Source of the DNA: Camelus dromedarius
Taxonomy: Eukaryota
Direction: 5' to 3'
Assembly (NCBI RefSeq): GCF_036321535.1
Contig: NC_087437.1
Location: 110,486,001 to 110,550,000, forward strand
Length of the DNA stretch: 64,000 nucleotides
This document shows positions 1 through 11,600 of the stretch, in pieces (within the stretch, counting starts at the first letter, position 1; each line of letters opens with the position of its first letter). The notes under the pieces are model-generated. The model saw only the letters and a program-made list of their open reading frames with translations, was not told the DNA's origin and ran no database searches. The translations under genes and the position numbers were made by a program.

Positions 1-300
1 CTAAATAAAGACAAAAATCCCTCCTCCCTTCGGAAAGGTGGAGTTGGGATGATAATCAGGGAATACAACCCCAAACCGTTCCCTCCCCAGTGACTATTCT
101 GCCCATCATTTTTACACGTTATGTAACTAACTTTCCAAAGAAACACAGGGCAGCTGCTCACCTGAGCCTGCCCGCTCTCCCCTTGAGAGTGTACTATCCA
201 TCCTTTAATACATTTTTACTTTACTTTTTTAACCACTACATCATGTCTCTGAATTCTTTCTGGGATGGGACAAGAACCTGGAACACTGGTTGCATCCTCC
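1..300 (+). mobile_element. 3' part of an ERV1-type LTR, truncated by window start
   Basis: U5-like end GAATTCTTTC...CAAGAACCTGG resembles the 3' end of the MER41-like LTR at 2232-2260; a degenerate polyA-like signal (AATACA) and T-rich tract lie upstream. Confidence 0.55.
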
Positions 301-679
301 GGCAGCAGTCACATAACAATCTAAGAACTGAAATCTTCAAAGGAAAGAATAAACTTTTACATTGGAGACAGGCCAAGGATAAAAGAAAAGAAGACCATTT
401 AGGAGCACAGAACGCCACCCGGAAAGGCTGACCTGGACACAGCAGGTGGTGGCAAGAAGTGTTATCCCAATGAGAAACTATCAAGAGGAGGGCTTTGTGG
501 ATCCAGAGTGCAGGAATCAGGACAGAAAAGTCGCTGGGAAGCAGGAGATGGTAGAAGAAAAAAGCTGAAAAGATTTCAGAAGGAGAAGTGAGACTATTCA
601 AAGTCCATTCCAATTGTAGCCACAAAGTTTATTTGAGGAATTGAAATTAGCTTCAGAGATAGATCCTAAGTATTTATAC

Positions 680-870
680 CAATTGTTCTCAAAACGTGGG
701 CCAATGCTAACAGCACTAGCACCACCTAAAAGTGCTCAGAAATGCAAATTATTAGCTGGCTCCCACCCAGTCTTACTGAATCAGAGGCTCTAGGAGTGAA
801 TTCCAGCAGATTGTTTCAAAAAGCCCTCCGGGTGACTCTGATGCTCTCTCACTCAAACTTCAAATAATGG
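680..870 (+). mobile_element. MER5A (hAT-Charlie) non-autonomous DNA transposon
   Basis: TTCTCAAA...AGAAATGCAAATT...TACTGAATCAGA...AAGCCCTCCGGGTGACTCTGATG follows the MER5A consensus order. Confidence 0.8.
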
Positions 871-1324
871 TTTAAACCAATTGTGGAAACCCAGTCTCTT
901 TGGGATGTGAAACAGCCCAAACAAGAAGCACACGACATTCTCTTGGCAATAATTTTGGGGTCAGGAGTGGGTCCCTGGCCTGAGCTGACCTCACCCCCAA
1001 TTGAAGAGCTTTTTCTCTGTGTGTCCCCTGAGGAAATGAATGATGTAGCATTTAGCCCCAATTGCCTCAGCAAGAGAGGGAGCAAGGTTTAGAAGGATGC
1101 TAAGTCTTCAAATGGCAATGAGGACAGACTGAGAGAGCCTTGTGTTTGGTGACACTGTTGAACACAGAATGCTCTAACCTAAATCCTGCCCTGCCTGTGG
1201 ACTGCTCACAGCTCAGTAAACATCCTTACTGTTTAAGCTTATATAAGTCAGATTATCTGGAGTGTTCCCTAACTGCTAGTTTGCAAACATCACTACTTCT
1301 GCCACAGACTCTGGTGTTGGCAAC

Positions 1325-2485
1325 TGTATGATCAGGCCATCCAAGATGGCTGTTCTCATGCTCTCTGTGCATCCCCTGCTCGTTCCTACCTCGCCTACAC
1401 CATCCTCACCTGACTGACCTTTCCTCTTCATCATAGAGCCTAATCAGTAAATGTCTGTGTACTTGTCCCTGAATCCAGCTAGTGACTGTTCTAATCTTTA
1501 GATCAGAACTACCTCCACTATGATAACTTACCAAAGGGACACGCCCCTCTGCTGGTTTCCCTGGCAACTGAGAAGCCAACCTGACATCAATTCCTCCTAT
1601 AACTGGTTATCTCCTTCTTCCCCTGGAAGCAAAGACCACAGCCATGGCCTGCCTACTGCACACTGTGGGGTGCCTTCTGGGACACGAAGAGGGCAGGGCA
1701 CAGCAATTCAAGGAATGCTACAGTAACTAACATCAAAATAGTGAAAGGTTCAACCCCCAGTAGGCCTTGAGGCTCAAGATGGTGGCAGATTTAACTTGTA
1801 GCAGACCTTGAGCTTCATTATACGCCCACTGTAATGTATTAACATGGTGAATAACATGCCCACAGGCGCCATGACAGTCCCAAGGCTAGCCACAAAAGGT
1901 CAAAGAGTGGGAAATGGCCAACTTCCTGGGAATCCCAGCCCCTTCCCCTGACTAGTTAGACTGGTCCTTCCACTTACTTCCATATAAAGCTACCAAAGCC
2001 CATAAAAACAGGCAATACTGCCCATCTTGGCCTCTCTCTCTCTGTGTCTCTCTCCCTCTCCCTCTCCCTCTCTCTCTCTCCATTTGGAGACGACCTGCAC
2101 TCTGTCTATGGAGTGTGTACCAACTTTTACTCTAATCTGAGCACCTACCCCCCACACCTCATGGCCTTTCTCTTGCCTTTTGATATATCTCTCTAAATAA
2201 ATCTACCTTTACTCAACTGTGGCTCACTCTTGAATTCTTTCCTGTGCAAAGCCAAGGACCCACACTTGGCAGGGCACCTGCCAGGGGCTCAACCAAAGCC
2301 TGGGATATGGTCCTCCTCATGCCCCACATCTGTTTTTCCTGCATCAGTCCCAAGACCTTGTTTCAGACCCTTAAGACGCCCCTATCCATTCAACCATTGA
2401 TGTCTTTGTCGCTGACTCAGTCCTTTCTTAAATCTTGAGGCTGGGCAAGAATATGGCTTGCAGTCCTGGGGGGTACAGCCCAATA
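1325..2485 (+). mobile_element. Solo ERV LTR, split by a nested MER41-like LTR
   Basis: Starts TGTATG at 1325 and ends ...CAGCCCAATA at 2485 (degenerate CA); GCAAC direct repeat at 1320-1324 and 2486-2490. Confidence 0.6.
1680..2346 (+). mobile_element. MER41-like ERV1 solo LTR (nested)
   Basis: MER41-type core TCATTATACG...CACAGGCGCCATGACAG, TATAAA box, AATAAA near 2196, GAATTCTTTCCTGTGCAAAGCCAAGGACCC and 3' end CCTGCATCA; internal CT-rich microsatellite ~2032-2080; 5' boundary approximate. Confidence 0.75.
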
Positions 2486-2814
2486 GCAACCTTTGACAAA
2501 TGCTCAGACATTCAACTGAAAAGTCAACGGCATTATGGGAAAAAATAGAATTCCAAGTAAAATAAGAGATGTGAAAAATGAAGAGACATTCCCAAATACC
2601 TAACAACCAATAAGAGTAAGCATAACTCATAGTCAAGCTTCCCCATTTCAAGCTACAGAGTTTGAAACAGATTTTGTGAATATAAACTGATCTTCCCCTC
2701 ACTGGGTGGAAAACCAAGGAAACATTCATGGAAAGCACATCGTAAAGGCAACTTTGGGCATCTGTTCTCCAGTTACCTCCATAAAATGAAAATAGGTGGA
2801 ATGGTTCCACCAAA

Positions 2815-2910
2815 AGGGTGACCAATTGTCCTGGCTCCCTCAGGACCAAGGAGTTTCCAGGATGTGGGACTTACAGAGCTAAAACTACTGCAGGCACACT
2901 GGGGTGGTTT
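2815..2910. mobile_element. MER81-like (hAT-Blackjack) fragment
   Basis: AGGGTGACCAATTGTCCTGG...GTTTCCAGGATGTGGGACTT...GCTAAAAC matches the recalled MER81 consensus. Confidence 0.6.
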
Positions 2911-4594
2911 GTACTTTACTCTTGGGATATGTCTTCGGCTAGAAACTAAGTCAAGTAGATGTGAAAATTTACTCTTCACTGTGTTTAGGGAGAGCCAGAG
3001 GACTACTTTCCTTTGAAAATCCTGTGTTCCTTTGACAACCAGTTACACCCTTCTCCACGTCAAGTGTTAACATCACTTGCATGGCTGTATCTAAGCTAGT
3101 TTTCTTGGAAGACACTCATGAATGGAGTCTCTCAGCCTGTTCTTAGCTGGAAAATGGAGGCTACCTCCAACCTCCTTTGACCCATCTTGTTTCAATCTTT
3201 TAAAATTCCCACTCCCCCTTGGACATTAGGGTAAATACCATTATTATGAGAGCCCTTGGAAATGGCTTTTTCTAAACACCTATCCACCAATAGCTTTCCC
3301 CCAAAGACTGTACAATTTGAAACTGAAGCTCACTTCTGAAAGGAAAAATAAAGAGAATTCTCGTTAAAGAATGGCAGACTGGATATATGTCCTATTTCTG
3401 GCCCTAGCTGTTCTCCCTCCCAACAACATACATGATGCACAGAATCACTAAATAAAATTTAAATGTTCTCCTTAGGTCATTACTGATGAACAAAATGGTG
3501 TAAGAATTTATTCGTTACACAAATGCTACCAGTAAACCAGAGGCAGCGTTGGAAAAGACATGTATCTCCTCAAAGCTCAGAAACTTCTTGACTTTCCTCA
3601 TGCCTAAAGCCAATGGGAGAAATTAATAAGCATGTTATATAAAAAACAAACTATGGAACACTGAATTCATTGTACAGGTCTTGAAATTAAGCTAAACACC
3701 AAAGGAAACATATCATTGAGTTTTATAAGCATTAACAAAACAATCTAGTTTTAAAACTCTAGTGTGAAAATAAAAAAGAATTTTCCTGTTATTTGTACAT
3801 AGAGAACTAAATATAGTCTTTTAAACTTCTCACCTGGTAGTGGATACATAATGCCCTGAAACTTACTCTTAGTGTTGCAAGAAAATATCTGTTGTACAGA
3901 ATTGTAAACACTGCTGCTGGTTTTGACATTTAAGGGGTAGGTGGTCTGATTTGAAATGCCTCAGCTTTCTAAAACCTGGCAGCTTGGGTCTCATACTTGC
4001 ATGGAGGGGAGAAAGAACAGGTGAAATCTTTTGACCTCTGAGATTTTCCAAAGGACAAACTTAATTAACTTCATCCCCAGTTGGTAATTGGGGGTTGGGA
4101 AGGAAGAATGGGAACCAAGAAGTTCTATGGAGGATGAAGGAGGCGATACTACAGTGATGGACGCCCACAGGGCATTGGCACCAGCTGAAACAATAGCAAG
4201 ATGAATAATTGTCCCCGAGAGTAGGGTGGTTGCAGCAATGTGGGCAGAACTTGATTGAGAAATAACACTTTAACCAGCTTTGAAATAAGCACTACATTCG
4301 ACAACTGACTTCCTTATTTCAGGAGGATCCAGGTTACAAAAACAAAGCAATGCAACTGATCCATACAATGGGCTTCTTTCCTAATGCTCTTGCTACTCAG
4401 AGCAAGAATTTTTGGGTACACCAAACCAAGCTTCCTTCCTGAAGCACAAAAATCACATAATTTAACTTAAAATCTTGAGGTGGCAACCCTAAGGACAGTA
4501 TTGTACTTGACAAGACTGTATATTATTAGAAAGCTTATGACCAACCTTTCCAGGATCAATGCATATACATCATTGTCCCTTGCGATTTAATCAC

Positions 4595-4745
4595 TAATAT
4601 TTGTTAGTTTACTATGTGCCAGGCATAGCTGTGACTCACTGAAGCCTCAGAACTACTGAATGAGGTGTGGGTGCTATAACTGCTATTTTTTAACAGACAA
4701 GAAATCAAAGGTACACAGATATTAGATAAGTTGCTCAAAGTTACC
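4595..4745 (-). mobile_element. MIR SINE fragment
   Basis: TTACTATGTGCCAGGCA...TTTAACAGACAAGAAA...AAGTTGCTCAAAGTTAC is a reverse-complement MIR core. Confidence 0.55.
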
Positions 4746-5247
4746 TCTCCCCACTCCTAAACACCGTAAAATACAGTTTTCCTCATGACAAATAATTCAG
4801 TCTTGCTCAAAGCTGGTTACATACACACTCAGCTTTCAGAAAATAATGCAGAATTTTCCTTATTCTTCCCAACTGGTTGACTTTCAATCCATCAGAGCCA
4901 AGGTCACCTTGGATGGGCACCAGGAAGACCTTGTCCCCTGGTCAAATTTTCCCCATTTTCTGTTTCACTGCACCCCTAGGACCATCCTCCCCTTGCCCTT
5001 GGTGGCTGAGGCTCAGGATGGTGAGTAAGCCTCATTTCAAGTTCAGGGGTTCTTACTCGGGTCCCCATTCTGGGAGCATGGAGGGGAGTGGCACCTTCCT
5101 CAGACTGAAGCACCTACAAGAAAATAAATCTATTTTGCCTCTGATTGCCACCCATGGCATGATTTGGCAGCGTCACCATGTGGAAGGTGCACTTCCCACC
5201 AGATGCTGGTGAAGAGGAAAGAAATGGTGATGATGAAATAAAGAACC

Positions 5248-5571
5248 TGTAATAGAAACAGGTTCTATCCAGAGAAACAGAACCAATAGAACATACCCAG
5301 ATGTATAGAAAGAGATTTATTATGAGGGATTAGCTCATGCAATCATGGAGGCCGAGAATCCCACAGGCCACCTTTTTGTTCTTGTCCAACTTTCAGTGCA
5401 TTGGATGACACACGCCCACCTTGGTGAGACCTGGTCTTCGCTCAGTCTACAGATTCAAGTACTAATCTTTTCCACAGACTCCCTCGCAGACACACACAGG
5501 AATAATGTTTCATCATAGCTGCCTGGACACCCCTTAGCCCAGTCAAGTTGACACATAAAATTAACCACACA
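5248..5571 (-). mobile_element. MLT2 (ERVL) solo LTR, probably internally deleted
   Basis: CCAGAGAAACAGAACCAATAG...AGCCCAGTCAAGTTGACACATAAAATTAACCAC is diagnostic MLT2; TG..CA ends; 5-bp TSD GAACC at 5243-5247 and 5572-5576. Confidence 0.88.
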
Positions 5572-6642
5572 GAACCCCAACCTGCAGAACACACAAAACT
5601 GTCCACACAATTTCAGCAGGTTCATAGATTCCTTGTCCACAGGAGGGGACAAAACCCTGGCTCTAGCACAATACTGAGTTTCCAGTCACAATACTTTAAG
5701 GCAATACTCTAGGGCAATTCTTTTATTTATTTTTTTTAACACAAAATCATATTCACTTGTTCTTGAGAAGAAATCACCTGTTTAGTGACAGCTGGAGAGG
5801 TAAGTCAAACATCGACTTGCTCAGCTGAACTTCAGAAGCTCATCCTATGAGGGGGCATGTAGATCTGGGATCTATCAAGGAGGCATGTCCTTCTGTCTGG
5901 ACCTTAGCATGTAAGAAAGCCAAGTAGACCCATTAAGGCATGACCTGGCTGCCAGCATGGTATAACTCAGTCTACTATGGGAGGGAGAACTCGGCGTTAA
6001 GTGCCTAAACATAGTTGCTAGCTCCTCTTTTCCAGCATGGCTCTCTGATGTCTTGATCGGTCAGTCCCCTTCTGTAGGTCTCAGCTTTCTCATCTGTCAG
6101 ATAAAGGGTTCCACTCAATTATCCTTAAAGTCCCTAAAAGTCTATGATCATTTACCGTTGGATTTGATATTGAGAACCAATGAGATGAACTTGGACAAGT
6201 CCTGGGGATTGGTGCCAAGACTGGATAATCCTCAGACTTAGACCTCTCTCTGCAGGAGAAACAAACCCCAGCCAACAGGAAACTCCACAAAAACAATTGC
6301 CAGCTTTTGTTTGTCCTTCCTTAAGTGCACCTGGCAAAATGGCAGAGATGCTGTTAGACAAAGCAAATATAAAGGGTAAGAAACTGTCCCCACGTGTCCC
6401 CAAACCCTCACTCAACCTGACCACAGTCAATAAACACGCTGTTTTGTTTGGCCTTCAGCTCCCAAGAAGAACCAGGAATTAAGCAGATGCCAGGCCCTGA
6501 CACAACACTAAGGGACAGCTTCCAGGGACATGGTGTCCCTGCTCCCAGACCTACCAGAACATTGCCTTCCTCATCTATAAAAATAAACAAATGGCAGAGG
6601 GTATCTTTAGAGGGACAATGTCTATTTCATATCATATAGCAC

Positions 6643-6805
6643 CAAGGCCTGGACCAGGCTGAGAAAAACAGGTGACTGAGGCCTGAAACTCAAGGAGGCA
6701 AGGTCATCCTTGTGCTCACCCGCACTGCCAGGAGCTGAGAGCGAGTGCCTCCTTAGATTCTGTGCCCCGTGCTCCTAGCGCTCATGCACAAGTAGAATCA
6801 GCCCT
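6643..6805. mobile_element. MER96-like hAT fragment
   Basis: GAGAGCGAGTGCCTCCTTAGATTCTGTGCCCC resembles MER96, with weak inverted symmetry. Confidence 0.4.
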
Positions 6806-7249
6806 TCCACAAACGTGCCTCCTTACATTTCATGCCCTAATCATCTGCTTGTCTCATCCTGGTCCAGACCCGGTGCAACGTGACGTGAGCAAGTCCATTT
6901 ACTTTCAAGGACAACTTTGATTGTTGATTTTTGAGGGTGAAGAAGGCAGCATTGAGTCCATCTGGTTGAGTGTAGGAGGGTGGCCAAGTCCTTGGCGGCC
7001 CAGCCCCTCCGTATTGTGCCAGGACCTGGCCTCAGCTGGGATTCCTGGTTCCTCTTGGCCCTGAAGTCCAGACAAAACTCCCGTAGCCCTGGCCACGCGT
7101 TCTGCACTTACTCATCAGGGATTTGAGCGCTTGGATCTCCTCACTCCTCTTTACCTTTTTATTCCTCAGGATGATCCTTTCAATCTTCTGCTCAAGCAAA
7201 TTTGTAAAACCAATGGGGTTCAACCAAGATTCATTTTTCCAAACCCTAA

Positions 7250-7855
7250 AGTGGTGATCCTTCCATCTTAGTGTACATAAAAATTCCTTGCGGAGCATCC
7301 TAAAAATGCGTATTCCACCTACATCCGTTTGCTAGGGCTGCCGTAACAAAGCAGCACCACCTGGGTGGCTTAAATAATAGAAGTTTATTTTTTCACCATT
7401 GTGAAGGCTGGAAGTCCAAGATCACACACAGTGCTGGCCTCCCTCTTGGCTTGTGAACGGCCGCCTTCTCCCTGTGTCCTCACGTCGTCTTTCTTCTGCG
7501 TTCACGCATCCCTGGTGTTTCTGACTTGTGTGTTCAAATTTCCTCATCTTATAATGACAACAGTCAGATCGGACGAGGGCCCACCCTAATGGGCTTTATC
7601 TTAACTTCATGAACTGTTCAAAAACCCTAATTCCAAATATGGTCAGATTCTGAGGTCCTAGGGGTCAGGGCTTCAGCGTATGAATTTTGAGAGGACGTAA
7701 TTCAGTCCATAACACCTCGCACTCCAACCCCCACATTCTGATCCAGTGTATCTGAGATGGTGCTAAAATTTTTTTTGTGGTTTTGTGTTTTGTTTTCTTT
7801 TGGTTTGGTTTGATTTGGTTTGGTTTAAACAAGCACCCCTGGGATTCTGATTCCA
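7250..7855. mobile_element. MER5-like element split by the MLT1 LTR
   Basis: Left part ...AAAAATGCGTATTCC (7250-7319); right part CCCCACATTCTGAT...TTTAAACAAGCACCCCTGGGATTCTGAT (7715-7855) with a TTTGG-type microsatellite. Confidence 0.45.
7320..7714 (-). mobile_element. MLT1A/B-type MaLR LTR
   Basis: GTTTGCTAGGGCTGCCGTAACAAAG...GGCTGGAAGTCCAAGATCA...AATTCAGTCCATAACA. Confidence 0.85.
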
Positions 7856-8691
7856 CAAAATATGGTTTGGAAGGGACACTGCTTTAGGCTTATTTCTCCT
7901 GAACTCCCTTGGACCACTCTCTCCACTTCCCTTTCTACTTCTTTTCATAAGTTTCCCAGGCTCAGTTTCTCTACAAACCTATCAGTTTGGGGCTTTTTGT
8001 CCTCATCCCTGTAGTTTCCATCTGTAATGTCTTTAACCACTCTTTCAAAGTACACAGGAGCTAACAAAACCACATTTCATCAAAGGGAAAAATGTGATTT
8101 GTTTTTGAGTGGCACTGGGTGGTCACTGAGTGTCAAAACTTCAACCAGAAATAAGAAGCCAGGTTTCCAATCCATTTTCAGAACCAGCCTCTTCTCCCCT
8201 CATATAGGAGCCCCTATGGGTCCTATAGAGAAAAGTTGGTAGCAAGGTTCCTAAGAGAACAGAAGTCTCCGTGGGATTAAGTACGGTTCCTGCCTTGGCG
8301 GCCCCCAGACGATGCCAGGGCCCACCCCTCAGGGGCCCCCACATGAACACCCAAGGAGCTCAGAGTTCTCAGCTCTGGGCCAACCTGCCGGCAATGACAC
8401 ACACACTAGTTCCAGCCAGATGTACCTGCTCCTCTTTCAGGTGCAGTGCACACTGACTCCTGGGAATTTCAAGAGAACACCTTCCCAGGAGAATCCATAG
8501 ATCCTGTGTTTCCAGTTTGACTGCAAACTGCTGGGGCAGTGCTTTCTCCAGCTGGCAGCAACCCAAACTAGGGAGCAAAACACCCAACCCAAAACCACAT
8601 TTCCCCTTGAAATTTTTGAACAGAAGCCTATGAATTAATCAGAATCTTAAAGGAACAGTTCAGTTTGCCTTTTAATAAAATGATAGAGTCT

Positions 8692-8856
8692 AACAGAGAC
8701 CTATATTCAAAATCTTGTAATAACCCATAATGGAAAAGAACCTGAAAAAGAATATATATGTGTATGTATAGTATGTATGTGTACAGCTGAGTCACTCCAC
8801 AGTGCACCGGAAACTAACACAACATTGTAGATCAACCAGACTTAAATTAAAAAAGA
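8692..8856 (+). mobile_element. LINE-1 3' end (5'-truncated)
   Basis: TATATTCAA...CTTGTAATAACC...GAAACTAACACAACATTGTA plus A-tail; degenerate 15-bp TSD at 8677-8691 and 8857-8871. Confidence 0.85.
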
Positions 8857-9399
8857 AAAGTGGTAGAGTCTGTAGGCCATATATTTGCTTCCCTTTCAAT
8901 CAGACTTATCTCCTTGGACTATAGCATTCTGCTTACAACACAGTTTACTCAAATGAAAGCATTTTATGTGGCATTCCAAAAATACAAAAACAAGAATCAC
9001 TTATGATTTCCAACTTAGTCGGTTTCGATCAGATTAAAAGAAAAATGTTTACAGTGTCCTGATAAGAAAAATCAGAAGCAAAACTAAAAGCAAGCCAAAG
9101 ACGATTTCTGATTAAAAACCATGAGATATTAAGATGTGGTACATGATAAAATTTAGTGTATTTATTGAGAGGTTTTCTCAAAGAGATTTTATGTTCCCAA
9201 CTTAATCAATGTCTGTTCACGATAAGGACAGAAACAGCATTTCAAGGATGTTCTCAAGGCTACATTAAAAAGATTCAGACTCCAACTATGGGAAGATATT
9301 GACAGGGTCAGCTCAAGAGGAGGAGGAACCTACTTCAAGGGTATCAATAGTTTATAAATCCAAGACAGTGGCAGGAGTAACGAGGGCTGCTCTTTTTGC

Positions 9400-10324
9400 T
9401 TCAGGAGTTCAGAACTGGCCTCCCCAAAATGTGTCCCTTTGGCCTGTGGATTATTCTGAGCTAAAGGCAATGGAGAACCTGTGTGCTCAGGAGAAATTAT
9501 TGCCTTTCCTTAAACCAGTAAAATTTAAATTGGGGATTTTTCCCGAAAAAGCACAATTACCAGAGATAAATTTTATCTAAGTGGCCCCATCTATGTGACA
9601 TGGCAAATATGTCATTACCAAACATCCCCTCTTGTCGGCAGCCTTAAGTGAGTAGGCCATGGGGCCCAGCCTTAAGTGAACAAGCCGTGGACCCCAGGCC
9701 AAAGTTCACAATAGCTTGCACCTGGTAAGGAGTAAACATATGCATGTGCCAGTTATGTAAGCCTTATAAATAAAGAAGGAAAGGCACGCATGCGCTAGTA
9801 GCGTTATGTAAGCCTTAGGAACAAAGAAATGAACAATGCGCATGTGCAGGCAAAGTAGATAACAGTAGGACAAGCGCGCCACACGGACGGCGTCATCTTG
9901 TTGAACTAGAAGAATGTGCTGAGCGCCGCCGCCACCACTGCTGCTGCCCACCACAAGAGCCACCCGCTTGTACTGCAACAAAGTGCTATTTTGCTCCATG
10001 TCAGCTCCTCATGCATTTTTCCAGTTGGGCAGCTCACCTCCTCGAGTCCCTCTTCAGCCCCCTGTGGCTGACACCCTCTTCTTTTCATTGTCCTGTGGGT
10101 GACCATTCTGTCCTTGGTCCCCAGGCCCCTCTCCCATTCCTCGGCTCAGGTTGGCATATATACTTTATTTTGCCTTTCTGTCCTTGAAACTTTCACGTAT
10201 CTGGGATCTATGAATCTCTCATCTATGTGGGGTTCCAGAACACATGAAATTAAATTTGATTTTCTCCTACTGATTCATCTCATGTCTACTTATTTCTTAG
10301 ACAAGCCGGAAGAACCTAGAAGGG
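9400..10324 (+). mobile_element. MER34/MER39-like ERV1 LTR, interrupted by a younger LTR
   Basis: CCCCAAAATGTGTCCCTTTGGCCTGTGGATTATTCTGAGCTAAAGGCAAT at the 5' end and ...AGAACCTAGAAGGG at the 3' end match recalled MER34-family motifs. Confidence 0.7.
9633..10073 (+). mobile_element. Solo LTR, probably ERV2 (beta-like) class
   Basis: Terminal inverted repeats TGTCGGC...GCTGACA; perfect 6-bp TSD CCCTCT at 9627-9632 and 10074-10079; CpGs retained; internal direct repeats. Confidence 0.82.
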
Positions 10325-10469
10325 ACCCAACAGAGCCAAGGAAAACATATCCAACACGTGATCACTTGCCAGTCCCCAAATGGTCTCATCAGTCATCTCC
10401 AGTTACACATGTATCCAGGGCACCTGTCTGAAAAATACTTATGAGCCTTTCCGCTTTCCCTCCTCTGCT

Positions 10470-10935
10470 CCTACCTTTGATGGCTGTGTGGGGATGTGAT
10501 GACCAGCACAGCAGCAGCTGTGTTGTAACCACCACAGAACATGCATGAAACAAAAGCCACCACATTAAGCATGGTGGATTCAAAGCACAGAAGGAAGCTG
10601 GGTCCCTGATGTATTACTGGGCTGATAAAACAACTCTAGGAACCACTTGTCTCCAGACTTCTTGTTTATTAGAAAATGAATGCCTTGTGATGTAAGCCAG
10701 TGGTTCAGGCACCTGGACCGGCATCAGCATCATCTGGGAACTTGCTAGAAAAGCAAACCCTTGGGCACCACCCCAGACCTACGGAATGAGAGATTCTAAA
10801 GATAGAGCCCAGCAAGCTATGCTTTAACAAGTCCTCCAGGTGATTCTGATGCAAGAAAAGTGGGAAACCACCAGTTAGGAGTCATTGTTAGTATGTTTTC
10901 TGTTATTTGCAGCCAAAAGCATTCCTGATTAATAT
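10470..10935 (+). mobile_element. Old MLT1 (K/L-like) MaLR LTR, interrupted by MER5A
   Basis: GAAGGAAGCTGGGTCCCTGATG...CTCCAGACTTCTTGT, resuming after the MER5A with TTCTGTTATTTGCAGCCAAAAGCATTCCTGATTAATA. Confidence 0.65.
10698..10873 (+). mobile_element. MER5A
   Basis: CAGTGGTTC...CATCAGCATCATCTGGGAACTTGCTAGAAA...TTTAACAAGTCCTCCAGGTGATTCTGATGCA. Confidence 0.85.
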
Positions 10936-11219
10936 AAGCAATTGTGTCAGATTTCAGTAAGTATTACCTCTCCATGATTTATTCAGAAAATGTTTCTTAT
11001 GTAATGTTTACAGAATTATTATTTACAGAATTTTTCTTCTAACCAGCCCTAGGATGCTGTTGCAGGGTCACAATTTACTCACACTGCATGTAAAACTTCA
11101 GAGAAAATACATGAACTTTATTTCTTTGCTAAAAGTTCTACATCTTTACTGCTACAAGGTGTTAGTGTGCACACAGGTGCACAAATTAGAACAGCCAATC
11201 AACAGTTTGATCTTTTTCT

Positions 11220-11600
11220 GGTTGAATGGTCTCTTTTTAGTCTAGTCCACTGAAGGTCAAATCCCCATCAAATCTTTGGTTTAAATAGCATCATTAAATA
11301 GCCTCCTCATTAGCTGTGGTGCCTTGTCTCTCAGCATTTCTCTCCTGATGGTGGGTGGCTCATGTGACTGGTTGTCAGTGGGGTAAAGGAGTCTTCCAGC
11401 TCCTATGATCTGGGCTGATGGCCCTTGTCCACCTGGTTGTGCTCCTCTTGCTGGCATTTGTGGCTGGATTTGGTGGTTGGTAAGACCCAAGGTCTCGTTC
11501 CTCTTGCTTTGGCCAGTGTCTTGTGGTGCTGATTTCCTGAGATCTTGGAGTCTCTTCCATGCCCTGCATACCACATCTGTCCTTGTTTGTACTGGGACAT
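11220..11600 (-). mobile_element. Probable ancient CR1/L3-clade LINE fragment (RT C-terminal region)
   Basis: Across frameshifts the minus strand gives EERDLG, KSSHKCQ, HNQV, LLYPTDNQSH, KAPQLMRRL and FDLQWTRLKRD, colinear with CR1 motifs EERDLGV...SQQC...ANR...PLY..LVRPHL...RATKMIRGL...FSLEKRRLRGD. Confidence 0.5.

Noticed and set aside
7032..7298. Minus-strand ORF with coiled-coil-like LLEQKIERIILRNKK and a GTAAGT donor near 7106-7111
   Set aside because: The putative acceptor lacks a pyrimidine tract and abuts a MER5 fragment; no recognisable protein family.
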